Program-made: the position numbers and the translations under genes | Notes under the pieces: generated by a model | Databases searched by the model: none | What the model saw: only the letters and a program-made list of their open reading frames with translations | What the model was told of the DNA's origin: nothing | Assembly (NCBI GenBank): GCA_951804945.1 | Contig: OX638150.1 | Location: 37,014,001 to 37,078,000, forward strand | DNA: 64,000 bases | Source of the DNA: Podarcis cretensis | Lineage: Eukaryota | Direction of reading: 5' to 3' | Shown: one piece after another, positions 1-11,795 of the stretch | Layout of the letters: each line of letters begins with the position of its first letter | How positions within the stretch are numbered: position 1 is the first letter of the stretch

Positions 1-1488
1 TTGACAGCTATGGGTGGGCACCATCTTTGCACCAAACAGAAGAGAGTACCTTTGCAGAGACATGAAATAACCCAAAGCTTTGCAAGCCAACTCTATCAGT
101 TGATCGCTTCTGGGTCTGCTCTTCAGTGCAGTCCAGTCTTGACTGTGGTTTTCAACTGGGAACATGCAGCTCTCCCTTTTTTGCTTTATACAAAATAAAA
201 TAGTTTGATTAAGTTTTATTTTATTTTATTTTATTTATTCCACAAACACACACTTCCTGCAGAATACAGCTTCCCCACCACACCAAACTTTATCCTCCCA
301 GTAACTCTGTGGAGTAGGTCCCTGATTGTGCAGACAAGTCCATCAGTGAACAGTTCATATGAACATAGCATCTAGTCACATGATCTACCAAACACATCTA
401 CTGCCTTGTGCCACCGCCCCATCCTCCAGCATTCTCCCCCAGCTGCTGGATTCCTGTTGTTACTTCCCAAAAATATATCCTGTGACATTTCAGTGATCAT
501 GGAAATCTACTGAAGTGCATGGCCAAAATGTCACCGGAGAAAACAAGAGATAAAAAGCACATGAACACCTTAAGAGCTATCCATAATAATCAGTAACCTG
601 TAATTTTGGAAGGTTTTTTATCATTCTAAAAATGAAAGCCCAATAGAAGAAGCAAACACAGAGGGACCCCCAACATTGAGAAATTACAGTTTGTTTGAAA
701 ATTGCTTGGATATTTGAAGCTGAATCTTACAAGTGGAGGCTGTATTAGACTTGACTTTGCAAGTAGCAAACCAATAACATTTGTTGAATGCATACTCTAA
801 GGCAATTCAGCTCTAAAGTAATTCAATTTCTTCAACATTTGGGTTTTTAAAAATAATAATAATAATAAAGCTGTTATAGCTCCAGAGAACTAAGATAAGA
901 TTATACTCAGATTTTATGTTTTTAAAAAAGGTTGTGCCAAAGTGAAAATTCTCAATGTTTTAAAGAGTTTCAATTTTTATCTTTAAAAAAAGCATTTTCC
1001 AGGGTTGATGCATTTCATTTTTGTTAATTGCCATCCCTGCCTCATGTAGCCCACTCTACTAGATGTCGGTGTTGTTTAATGAGAAGAAAAATATAAAGTA
1101 TTTCTGGGTTATTCCATTATTAAATCAAAGATGTTATGTAATGGAGGGTGTAAAATATCTCAATGGACTCATTTCTAAAATTAATGTAACTGACTTGTAA
1201 ACTAACGAAGCAGATCTCCTGTGAATTATCAGAAAACGCGCGCTGCAATCGTGGTAGCATATGTGGGAGGACATGTGGCACTTTTTATATTATAAAACCA
1301 TGTGGTGGTAGAAAGTCGAGTATGAGTGCAAAATTCAATGCAGCCCTAGCAAAGAGCCTGTGAGGCTTCTTTCCACAGCCTGTGAGACATCCCATTGGGA
1401 ATGGGGTGTTTGTGTTACTGAGAACAGAGAGGAAATCTCTGGAGAAACCTAATGCAAGTCAAATGCATGGATGTTTGTTTCTTCGCAG

Positions 1489-1619
1489 CTCATACGCCTG
1501 ACAATTCCTTCATGGGTTTTGTGTCTGAGGAGCTCAATGAAACAGAGAAGCAATTCATTAAATCCAACAAGGCTAACAACATGGCAGTGGTATATGGGAA
1601 AGAAGCCAGCATTTGGAAG
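1489..1619 (+). CDS. MGAT5B: MGAT5B internal coding exon (P)HTPDNSFMGFVSEELNETEKQFIKSNKANNMAVVYGKEASIWK
   Basis: Acceptor cttcgcag|CT, donor AAG|gtgggt; 131 nt (2 nt + 43 codons); peptide matches vertebrate GnT-Vb as recalled (HTPDNSFMGFVSEEL...YGKEASIWK). Confidence 0.96.
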
Positions 1620-1816
1620 GTGGGTAGCGAATAAAATAGTGGAACTTTTTAACGGTGTCAAAAGCATTTAATCACTCAACCATGGTCCAAAGTGTGCTAA
1701 ATGCTCTGTGGCTGCAATCTTATGCAAACTTATTTGGGAATACATCCAACTGAACTCTGTGGGACTTCTTTCAAGTAATTAGGTGTGGAGTGCATCTCTT
1801 ACAACATTTAACAAAT

Positions 1817-2030
1817 GGATGAGGAACCTGTGCCTCTCCCAATGGTTTTTTTGACTCCATCTCCCATCAGCTCTAGCCAGTGTGGCCAATGGTCAGAAAG
1901 GACTCTATTGTAATGACTGTAGTTTGTTTTAATAGATTTTAGCAGCAGCAGCAGCAGCAGCAGCAACATGATGGTGGTGCTGGTGCGAGTTGTAGTCCAA
2001 TAACAGTGGATGCCACAGGTTCCTCATCCC
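1817..2030. mobile_element. Degenerate hAT-type MITE containing a (CAG)n tract
   Basis: Inverted ends ggatgaggaacctgtg / cacaggttcctcatcc; actccatctcccatc and gagttgtagtcc core shared with 6180-6317. Confidence 0.65.
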
Positions 2031-2683
2031 AGACACAGCAGAGGACCATATGAAGAGTTATAGGTTTCATCCAAATAATTCTTTAACTTTCAGGACCAGT
2101 TTAGGGCTTTGATAGGTATATCCCGATATTTGCCTGGTTGCAAATGCAAAGGATGAGGGGCTTCTCTTTCACATAGAACTACACACACATCAACACACAC
2201 ACATCCTTTGTTTAAATGCCAAGTCCCACAGTGAGAGGACTAAGTGAGTGTTGTCACTCTATGTACTCTATCTACGGACCACTCTATATAAACATAAGCA
2301 TTTGAAAGCTTTTATGAGCTACTTAGCCTGTCCTCTTCATTCATCTCTGCTGCATTATTCCTTGCAGCAGCAAATAGTAATGATGGGCCCAAGAAAGCGT
2401 GGGGAAGGAACCATTGTGTTCATGTCATGCTATTTAAAAAGTGCTTTTAAGAACTTTAAAATGCTTATCATATATGGTTCTTCAACTCCCCTGTTGCCGA
2501 AGCTTCCCCAGTAATCATGATGCTACTCTGAAGTTCTGGGGATTGGATGAATTCGTGGAGGAGGAGGGGACAGGCATGAGCTACTGTCTGTGACAGTTAA
2601 ATGAATACCAGTGGCAGGATAGTTTGGGGTAGTTGAAAACAACCATACAGGAGGCTGAATTGCCTTTATGGCCTGCTTACACT

Positions 2684-2966
2684 GAGAGCCAGTGTGGTGT
2701 AGTGGTTAAGAGCGGTTGACTCGTAATCTGGGGAACCGGGTTCGCGTCTCCACTCCTCCACATGCAACTGCTGGGTGACCTTGGGCCAGTCACACTTCTC
2801 TGAAGTCTCTCAGCCCCACTCACCTCACAGAGTGTTTGTTGTGGGGGAGGAAGGGAAAGGAGAATGTTAGCCGCTTTGAGACTCCTTCGGGTAGTGATAA
2901 AGCAGGATATCAAATCCAAACTCCTCCTCCTCCTCCCCCTCCTCCTCCTCCTCCTCCTCTTCTTCT
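2684..2966 (+). mobile_element. Squam3-type tRNA-derived SINE, full length, (CTC/CTT)n tail
   Basis: GAGAGCCAGTGTGGTGTAGTGG A-box head, GGGTTCGCGTCTCC B-box-like segment, ends ggatatcaaatccaaactcctc... Confidence 0.85.
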
Positions 2967-3176
2967 ATTTGGAAGCACTGGGTTGTGCTCTGTTCAGAAA
3001 TGATGCTTGGCTAAATGAGACCTTGGTACAACCCAACAGAGCTTTCCTGAAGCTCTGTTGGTTCCTGGTTGCTTCAGAGCACTTCTGAGATCTTTTTAGT
3101 ATGTTGCCATTGATACAGAGGAACTAACTCTCATTCCTTCTTCCTTCTCTCTGTGTGCCCACCATGGGATTTCCAG

Positions 3177-3182
3177 CTGCAG
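3177..3182 (+). CDS. MGAT5B: Candidate 6-nt MGAT5B microexon CTGCAG (Leu-Gln)
   Basis: ttccag|CTGCAG|gtaaac; branch-point-like CTAAC at 3124-3128, pyrimidine tract 3129-3152, TGC at 3156-3158; phase 0/0 between ...IWK and GKEK..., where the long GnT-Vb isoform has LQ. Confidence 0.82.
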
Positions 3183-3264
3183 GTAAACAGAAAATCATTT
3201 TTAACTATGTGCTTTTTATGTGTATTATTTAGATTTGAATACCCATTTGCGCTGACAAAATGGA

Positions 3265-3582
3265 ATTTTATTTGAAGACTACATTGCAATGTGTACATGT
3301 ACAAAAACACATACACTAGTGTAAAGTATGCATATCAATGCATATAATCATGAAAATAATGTGGAACATGCAGTATATTAGGGTATATCACCTTGGAGGG
3401 GAAATGCATCTATTGGAGAAAACTGCATATAAAAATGTGCATGTCAGGAGAAGTTACGCTAAATTACTGGTGAATATTCTGAAGCGCTTAAAAAAAATCT
3501 GATATAAAAATGGGGGGAACTGAATTTAAGGTTGGAAAAATGAGAAACTGATAAAAATAAAAATTGACAAATTCACCCATCT
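3265..3582 (+). mobile_element. Unclassified AT-rich lacertid interspersed repeat (partial)
   Basis: Shares aactgaatttaag.ttggaaaaatgagaaactg...attgacaaattcacccatc with 13131-13560, 16633-17375 and 36908-37325. Confidence 0.7.
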
Positions 3583-6179
3583 TTGCCCCCCCCCCCCCCA
3601 CACACATATGGAGCCCACGCCCCCAAGTTCCAGTGTGTGCCTTCAAAGTAGAACACTTGAAACACAACAACTCTCATTTTTGAATCAAACCCAGGTGGTG
3701 AATGGCTTGGCTTCTTTCTTTTGCTGTTTTGTTTTCTTTGCATGTTGTTTCCTCTGCACGCTTCTGTTTTCCAGGGGGAAAGCACGTCAATTACCCCCTG
3801 AGTGTAGAAGCAAATCCTGCCTAGAGAATGCTTCCTCTTGCCCCCCCCCCCCCCCCGCACAGCTTTACTTGATGCAAACATTGTGCATCTCAAGTTATGG
3901 AAATCTCTTGTGCATCAACATGTGATTGTTCATCACACAGATTTCTATTCAGCAAACTGAAATATGTGCCATCAGGAGTGCAGTGGAGGGTTTTTAAATT
4001 ATCGCTTCCGCTAAGCAAGAACTCTATGCAGAAACCATAGGTTTTGTCTGAAGATGATTACAACAATACTCACCCAAACCATATTTGCTGGAACTTGTGA
4101 CACACTGTAGATCTATACAACTTCCTTATTCACTTTAGCATGCAAATGATTTGAAAGAAAGAATTAATGTACTATAAACACAAAAGCAATATCAAGTGGA
4201 TGTTCTCCAATGTAGCATCTGCTTGTGCAACATGGCTCCTCTTTTCTCTCCTCCCCTTCATACCCCCAAAATCAGCTCCAGACAACTGATGTGGGGCATT
4301 CAGGAAGGTGGTGGAGGGAGTAGAGAAATGTGACGTCCCATTGCACAATGTGCTTTCCATTGCAAAAGCAGGCAGACATCATATCCATCTATCCACACTA
4401 TGCATATCTCCCATTATTTTAACAAATGCTGTCTGTAATATTCATATCCATTCTAAGAAACTCACACACTCCATTTTATTCCTCTAAGTATAAACCCTGT
4501 TTTGTATTGCAAATGATTGCTTCAATGCGCTTATCTATCTGCCTTTAAAAAGTATAGCTTTATATATACTGGGCTCAGTAATCATTTGCAATACGAACCA
4601 CTTGCTGACAGCTCAAAGGTCACTTGCAGACTTACGTCCTTTGGCCACAGTTCCTCTACATAACCTTGTCTCATACATCCCACAGACTCTTACATGAGAG
4701 ACCGTACAGAAATAAGACGATTCCAAGCCCTCATGGAGGGCACTGGATGCTTCCAATTGGCACACTCAAAATGAATTTGCCCCTTTTGTTGATTTGCACA
4801 ATTTTTGTTTTGCTTGTGAGCTGGTGCACAATTTTTATTCTTTATTGTTTCCATCAGTTTCTGAAAACACCCTTGGACATGACTGTGCATTCCTTCCAGT
4901 CTCTGGTGTATTGTACATGAGCCCAAGTCATGATGTGACATGCCAGAGGCCTCCCACTATACAGGGCAAGACTTGGCACAGCCCAGATCTGTATGACAAG
5001 GCAAAGCAACTCTGTGCTTACATGAGGGGGTCCCATGTGAAGGTCCATTTTAAAGCCTGGCATTCCCATAATGGAATCTAAAACAGAAGCATCAGCAGAA
5101 TTCAGACTTGGATACTGGGCTTTATGAAAAATGTTCCCTACCCACATGAGCCAACTCAGTTTTGTTCCATCAAACATCTGACTGATCAACACAGCAGTTG
5201 GTGTGTGATGTTTGGCATGTGCAGAAAGTGCTGCACACTTCTTAGTGGTTTTACGCTTCAGCCACAATACCAAATGTGGTGGAAGAATTGAAACAGATCT
5301 TTAAGTGTATCAGCATCCCCCAGTGGCAGCAAAAGTTGCATCACTTCTCTAAGTGCTTGAGGCAGGTGTCTGCTGCAGACAGCACAGGGAGGATAAGCGA
5401 GAGCAAGGCTTGGCCATTAAAGTTCCCAGCCTTCTTTGTCTACTAAACCAGAGACCATACAGTAATTTCTGTGGCTGGGAAGAGCTTCCTCTTTAGGCTG
5501 GACTTCAATGAAGCCCAGGTCTCAATTGCTGTTTGTACATCTGCTCTCATCCCCAAGTTTAATTTGGTTGGTTTGTGTCTTCTAATGTTGAAAAGTGTGG
5601 AGAAATTGGGGGAAGAAGGGAGAACATTAAGCAGTCTGTTCTGCAAAGGACAATGCTGACCACAGCTGAATTCGAAGGGGAAGTTACTTCTCTTGTGCAG
5701 AATTTATGCTGGCAGGGAAAAGAGATCCATGCTTGGAAACATTGTGTGACATGTATTGATCTGCTAGCCTACTCATTTGATAGAGTGATAATGAAGTCCT
5801 TACCAGCTACGTGCAATTCTTAAAAGGCAACATCAAATGAGCTTCAGAGTTAATCAACCTAATGCGGGGCTCATTCCCAAAAGGAAACATGCCGGGAAGC
5901 TGCAAGATAACACCTAAAATATATGTGGAGAACCTTGGCCCAGTTTCATGCATGTGGGGGAGTCTGGAGGGAGAGAAGGAGCTCTCTACAAACCATCAGT
6001 TCAGCTCTTAGGCAACATCTCTTTTTCCCAGGAAAAAGAAGTTTCCCCACCTCTGATAGGACAACTAGTACCTGCTTCTAAAAATAGCATGCCAACCACA
6101 TAATTTGATCAGACAATAATCTTATTCCAAAGAGCAGGACCTCCCTTTAAGAACAGGATACCTTTTGAATGCTCTAAGG

Positions 6180-6317
6180 CAGTGGTTCTCAACCTGTGTG
6201 TCCCCAGATGTTGTTGGACTACAACTCCCATCATCCCTGAGCTCTGGCCTTGCTAGCTAGGGGTGATGGGAGTTGTAGTTCAACAGCATCTGGGGACCCA
6301 CAGGTTGAGAAAGGCTG
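6180..6317. mobile_element. hAT-type MITE (palindromic), 8-bp TSD CTCTAAGG
   Basis: TSD at 6172-6179 and 6318-6325; ends cagtggttctcaacctgtg / cacaggttgagaaaggctg. Confidence 0.92.
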
Positions 6318-6403
6318 CTCTAAGGGCATGGTAACATAATGTACTGGCATCACATTTTTTTTCTAACTGCTCAATGCACTTCATTTTAGATTGCTACTTA
6401 CAA

Positions 6404-6589
6404 CATAGGAGCCAACTCCTAGGGGCCGAGGTCCCTTCACCCCCCCAATAAAATATTTGAGGGGCCGTCCCTCCCCCATTTTGATGGGCATTGCCATTCA
6501 AATGATGTGCATGTGCCGCGTCTTGTGATCAGTTATGTGGAGCAGGGCTTACCTGCCCCCTCCATATTTTATTCAAGTTGGAACCCCTG
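6404..6589. mobile_element. hAT-type MITE, 8-bp TSD ACTTACAA
   Basis: TSD at 6396-6403 and 6590-6597; imperfect TIRs cataggagccaact / agttggaacccctg. Confidence 0.85.
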
Positions 6590-6735
6590 ACTTACAATAA
6601 CCTGTTTAGGTAGGCCAGTATTATCTCCATATTATAGAGGTGGTGGCTGAGACTGAGAGATGGAGCAGCTTGCCTAAGGCACACCCAGTATACTCATGCT
6701 TGGAGTGTGAATTTAAATCAGGCACATATCAGATA
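6590..6735 (-). mobile_element. Old CORE/MIR-like SINE fragment
   Basis: cttacaataacctg...aggtagg...attatctccat...ctgagactgagaga...ttgcctaaggcacaccca. Confidence 0.55.
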
Positions 6736-6933
6736 CCCTAATCATTATACTAGCTGATCTCCCATTGTCTCTGTCGGGGTACATTTTTATTTGCTTGCTT
6801 AATTGGGGAAAGGTTACCATCTGGATGAGCCATGACAAAATGTATGCAGCTGGACGGAATTTTATATGTCCTCACGAATTCTGAACTTTGTGACTGGCAA
6901 TCACGGATGAATTTCTTTCCTTTCTTTTCTCAG

Positions 6934-7089
6934 GGCAAAGAGAAGTTTCTAGCCATCCTGAACAAGTACATGGAGATCCACGGCACTGTTTATTACGAAA
7001 CACAGCGCCCGCCTGAAGTCCCAGCTTTTGTGAAGAATCATGGTCTCTTGCCACAACATGAGTTCCAGCAACTCCTTAGAAAAGCCAAG
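6934..7089 (+). CDS. MGAT5B: MGAT5B coding exon GKEKFLAILNKYMEIHGTVYYETQRPPEVPAFVKNHGLLPQHEFQQLLRKAK
   Basis: Acceptor tttcttttctcag|GGC, donor AAG|gtattt; 156 nt, 52 codons; GnT-V family peptide. Confidence 0.97.
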
Positions 7090-7320
7090 GTATTTGCCAC
7101 AGGCAGAAAGAAAGAGGGTTGCGACCAAATGAAACTCTGGCAATAAGAAATTCTCCAGTTGTGGGATTGTTTTTTAAGAGTTATGTGCCAATGTGCTACA
7201 AGGCAAAGGTCTTGGAGCATGCAATGGAAATATTGTGGCAATAAAGATGTGGGAATCCACATGGGACAAAACCCTTAGGCAGTGCTCCAGGGCTGGTAAT
7301 GGTGGTTGGCTGTTTCTTTC

Positions 7321-7354
<34 letters not shown>

Positions 7355-7425
7355 ATCTATCTACCTCCCAGAGTGGCTGGGGAAACTCAGCCAGATGGGC
7401 GGGGTATAAATAATAAATTATTATA

Positions 7426-7665
7426 NNNNNNNNNNNNNNNNNNNNNNNNNNNNNNNNNNNNNNNNNNNNNNNNNNNNNNNNNNNNNNNNNNNNNNNNNNN
7501 NNNNNNNNNNNNNNNNNNNNNNNNNNNNNNNNNNNNNNNNNNNNNNNNNNNNNNNNNNNNNNNNNNNNNNNNNNNNNNNNNNNNNNNNNNNNNNNNNNNN
7601 NNNNNNNNNNNNNNNNNNNNNNNNNNNNNNNNNNNNNNNNNNNNNNNNNNNNNNNNNNNNNNNNN
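7426..7665. other. Assembly gap (240 N)
   Basis: N run, flanked by an L2 tail and simple repeats. Confidence 1.
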
Positions 7666-7723
7666 AGGGGGGGAGGGAAGTTGATGTTTAATGTTTTGCT
7701 TTGTATATGTGATTATGGAAAAA

Positions 7724-7777
<54 letters not shown>

Positions 7778-7831
7778 CAAAATAAAAGGGGGAAATTAGA
7801 ATAAGCAGCAGTAAGGAGTGGTTTCTGGCAT

Positions 7832-8308
7832 TTTAATTTTTTTTATTGGAGTTTTATTTACAACATAACACAAACCCCCCACCCCCCAATACACAAATCC
7901 ACCCTCATTAAAAGTGAACAAAACATACAGTGAGCATAACATACAACAATACAAACAACCAAATAAAAGACTTCTTTTATCCTGTATCTGGCCTCCTTAT
8001 TTTCTTCTTATAAACGGTTTCCTTTATGAATAATTATTAAGATTTTTCTAATTATAACTTAAATATTCACAAAGTCTCCTGCAGACATTAATCGAAACAA
8101 GTCCAGGTATGTATTTTAGGGCACTGTTTTGTGAAGTATTCTCTGCATTTTCCCCATGCTTTTTGAAACTCTTGTCTAGTGTGATCTCTAATTGCCTCTG
8201 TTAATCTAGCCAGTTCAATATACTCTTAACAGTTTATCTTGCCATTCCTTTTTTGTTGGCACAGTTTCTTTTCCCCCAGTTTTTAGCAATTAGGATCCTT
8301 GCCGCTCC
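7832..8308 (-). mobile_element. L1-clade LINE 3' fragment (ORF2 C-terminus, 3'UTR, polyA)
   Basis: Minus strand reads AARILIAKNW...TVPTKKEWQDKLL/EYIELARLTEAIRDHTRQEFQKAWGKC with frameshifts; T-rich end with tttatt. Confidence 0.8.
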
Positions 8309-9467
8309 TGTGGCATAGAGGAATATTTTCTGATCTTCTCTTGCTATACACTTTACATCCTGTGCCTCTTGGCATAAGGTACCCTGCAAAAAATGATAAT
8401 ATTGTTGCAAGTGGCCAAATCACGGAAATGAAATTCCGCTGTGAAACCATTTCTCAGTTCAGATCTTATGGGATGTTTCTGTCATAAAAGAATGATAATG
8501 TCTGTTTTAAAGTTGGATTTACTTATTCCCTTTATTTTTTAACCAATTACATAAAAATTGAAATTTAGTTAAAGATGGATTTAGAGGTCTCTCATAACCA
8601 GAGGCCCTAAACTGTAGGTTCCTTAGCACTGGTAGGAGTACAGGCTTACAACACAAAACTAGTCAAGTCTACTCAGACGTAAAGCCTATTGAATTCAATT
8701 GGCCTTACTCCCAGTTACTAGGGAGTAGCATTGCAGCCTTAGTCACATGGCTTCTCCAGGGTCCTTGCTCTCTTATCTCAGTGGGCCATAGGACATGTTC
8801 AAACTAGAGCTCTTTGCCTGGAGTTGGTGGGGAAACTTTCTTTCTTTCTCTTTTTGCCAGTTCATTCCACAGTGTGTTGCTGAATAATTTCTCCCCTCTC
8901 CTGATCTGATCACTCCGTAAGCCTGCTAATGGTTCACCTCCACAGCTGGTAATGCAAGGCTGATGAAGCCACTGCTTGTATGAAAATGGCATAATAGAAT
9001 TAGAAGGGCAAAGTAGCGCAGAGCGGAAATGGTTTGGGAAAAGTTTAATCTCATTACGGGAAGAGATAGCTGAAGATCTTACAGATGGATCTTCTTCATA
9101 ATTATAGAGTCAGGAGTTCCTGCAATCCTTTAGCTATCTCGCTAGTGCTTCTAAAGAATTCACTGAAGCATATAATTGCAACAAAGAATTTATTAGGTTC
9201 GTCCTCCATTTTCTGTCCATGAACATTTAAAAGTCTCAGGTGTCTACACATAATTTTCTGTGACTTGATCATGTCTTTAGCGACTTCAGAATGGTTTTTA
9301 CTTTCAGTGTAGGAATAGAGCTTGAATCCCACCTCCAAATCCTTTGACAAACCTCCACCCATTTCCCTCCTCACACCCCGCAGTGATCTAAATTGGGCAC
9401 AATCCAGTCAAAGTTCACCACTCACTTGAAAGACCTTGACTAAAGCTCTCTTCTGTGTACCCCAACC

Positions 9468-9802
9468 CAGGGGCAGAGGAAGGGGGTGCAGTGGGGTGGT
9501 TCACTCCGGGTGTCACCACTGAGGGGGGTGACAAAATGCCGGGCCTGCAGTGCGCCTGAGCACATGTCTCTCCTGGGAGTGACATGGTGCCTTGGGCGCC
9601 CGCAGGCTCCGCAGTGCCCCAAATGGTCTGGTCGCCAACTTCCCTCCAGTTGTAGGGCGGCTGAGTGGGAGGAGGCAGACAAATTCCTCAGAGGCCCTGC
9701 GGAGCATCCTGCCCCAGCTCTCCCTGCCCCATGGGCAGCTGACCCTGCCCCTGGGTGCAGGGCATGTGTGCCACCCAGGTGCCCGATTGGCTTGCTCCAC
9801 TG
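9468..9802. mobile_element. GC-rich non-autonomous DNA transposon-like element
   Basis: Abrupt GC-rich block starting caggggcagaggaagg with internal palindrome tgtcaccactgaggggggtgaca; source of several spurious ORFs. Confidence 0.5.
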
Positions 9803-10665
9803 CATGTGGATGACACCCCATGTGGATACAGAGATTTATTGTATTTATTTTACCAGTGGAGCAACTGGGGCACTGCCTGTCTACTCTCAACCAGCCCCTC
9901 AGCTGTCCACTTTCTAATTTACAACAGCCAGTCGAGTGGCTAGCCCTGCCTGTCAGTTTCCTCCTCCTTAGTCTCAGAGTTGATTCTTTGTAGACCTCAG
10001 CAGGGAGGAGGATGGGAACAAGGCAAGAATGAGTTGGCTCTGCCTGCCATTGGCTCTGGTGCCACCTACTGCTAGTCCTCCTGCCTTCCACCCTACCAGT
10101 CCCAGTTGGCATCAGCCACTTTAATGTATTTTACAAAATGACAGGAACATGCTAAAGGATAAGAGACAAGCCCAATCCCAAATTCACCAATTTCAACTCC
10201 TATGACTGTCTAAATTAAAAATAATAAAAAAAAGGTTTTTAGCTCCACCCCTAGTTTCCTGGGCTAATTCAAATATTTTCATACAAAGGCAACAATATTT
10301 CTGAATAAAGAATATTGTTAAGTAGAAGAATGAAACTGCAACATGCTCAAAGACTATCGTTTGATATCTGCCATGTTCATTAAAATTATATGCAAATTGT
10401 TAATTAGTGACTACTGAAACATGCAAATGAGTAGAAGCTGTCTGGGCCACGTGTCCATTCAACTGTTGTCCTCTTAAAGGACACAGGTTGTTGGTACTGG
10501 ACTAATTGCGGGACTTTCAACCAACAGGTTAAAATGCCAAGCAAAGGACTGGTAGACCATTAACTCCCATGGCAAAGAACTGAAGGGTTAAACAAATAAC
10601 TGAAATAGCTTTAAAATAACGTGGTTGCCAAAGATGCCTGAAATATCTGAATTTTCTCTTTGCAG

Positions 10666-10812
10666 CTCTTCATTGGGTTTGGTTTCCCCTATGAGGGCCC
10701 CGCCCCCTTGGAAGCAATAGCCAATGGGTGTGTTTTCCTGCAGGCTCGTTTCAACCCACCCCACAGTTCACTCAATCATGAATTCTTCAGAGGGAAGCCT
10801 ACATCGAGAGAG
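10666..10812 (+). CDS. MGAT5B: MGAT5B coding exon LFIGFGFPYEGPAPLEAIANGCVFLQARFNPPHSSLNHEFFRGKPTSRE
   Basis: Acceptor tctctttgcag|CTC, donor GAG|gtaagt; 147 nt; conserved GT18 motif GFPYEGPAPLEAIANG; absent from the ORF track. Confidence 0.97.
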
Positions 10813-10882
10813 GTAAGTCTGTTCTGAAATTATGCAGCGAAGATCTTAGACCTGAGCCTAATTGATCTGGGTATGTCTAAAG

Positions 10883-10989
10883 CAGGGATGGGCAGCCTAT
10901 GGCCCTCCAGATGTTGCTAGACAGGTCAGGGGTGATGGGAGTTGTAGTCCAGCAGCAGTGTCTGGAAAGCCACAAGTTCACCATCTCTG
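10883..10989. mobile_element. Degenerate hAT-type MITE
   Basis: cagggatggg...ccctccagatgttg...gatgggagttgtagtcc...ccatctctg; same family as 6180-6317. Confidence 0.7.
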
Positions 10990-11020
10990 ATATACTTGCA
11001 GCTTCATCACTGCTCTAATA

Positions 11021-11443
11021 GTGGGGTAGGAGAGCTGGAAAAAGTTCACATCTGGCAAGCAATATGCCCCTTGGGTTTCAGATAGTACATGGGTTGATGA
11101 GTCTAAAAGGTCCGGGACACAAATTTTCACAGCCCTCTTGCTGCTACAGTGGCTGATTTACCAGAAGTATAGTATTTAGCATTAACTCTGGAAGTGTATA
11201 CTCAATTCTGAATAAACTAAACCCCCCAGAGCAAAATATACATCAGAAGGCTTAGTGTGGTCAGAACTGAGTATACACTTCCATACATACATTATTTCTG
11301 GCAAATGAGCCACCATAGCTGCCAAAGGGCTGTGAAAATGTGTGTTCCAGGCTTCTTAGACTTGTCTACCCATGTATTTTCTGAAACCAAAGGGTCACAT
11401 TGCTTGCCAGATGTGAAATATATTGGCATTGTTTTCAGCTCTC
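11021..11443. repeat. Long fold-back (inverted-repeat) element; the tip of its right arm resumes at 11802-11813 after a SINE
   Basis: 11045-11169 is the reverse complement of 11293-11417 (~80% by eye); 11189-11223 pairs with 11249-11283. Confidence 0.9.
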
Positions 11444-11795
11444 GTAAAGGTAAAGGGACCCCTGACCATTAGGTCCAGTCGTGGCAGACTCTGGGGTTGC
11501 AGTGCTCATCTCGCTTTATTGGCCGAGGGAGCTGGCGTACAGCTTCCGGGTCATGTGGCCAGCATGACTAAGCCACTTCTGGCAAACCAGAGCACTGCAT
11601 GGAAACGCCGTTTACCTTCCCGCCGGAGCGGTACCTATTTATCTACTTGCACTTTGACATGCTTTCGAACTGCTAGGTTGGCAGGAGCAAGGACCGAGCA
11701 ACGGGAGCTCACCCCGTCGCGGGGATTCGAACCGCCGACCTTTTGATCGACAAGTCCTAGGCTCTGTGGTTTAACCACAGCGCCACCCGCATCCC
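11444..11795 (-). mobile_element. Sauria SINE (Squam1), full length
   Basis: Reverse complement of GGGATGCGGGTGGCGCTGTGG...GGTTCGAATCC...GGGGTCCCTTTACCTTTAC. Confidence 0.95.

Noticed and set aside
7193-7684. 163-aa ORF (similarly 46275-46835 and 62043-62489)
   Set aside because: Length is inflated by N runs translated as X.
9440-10112. ORFs of 121-199 aa
   Set aside because: GC-rich repeat-derived sequence, no recognisable domain and no splice-compatible context.
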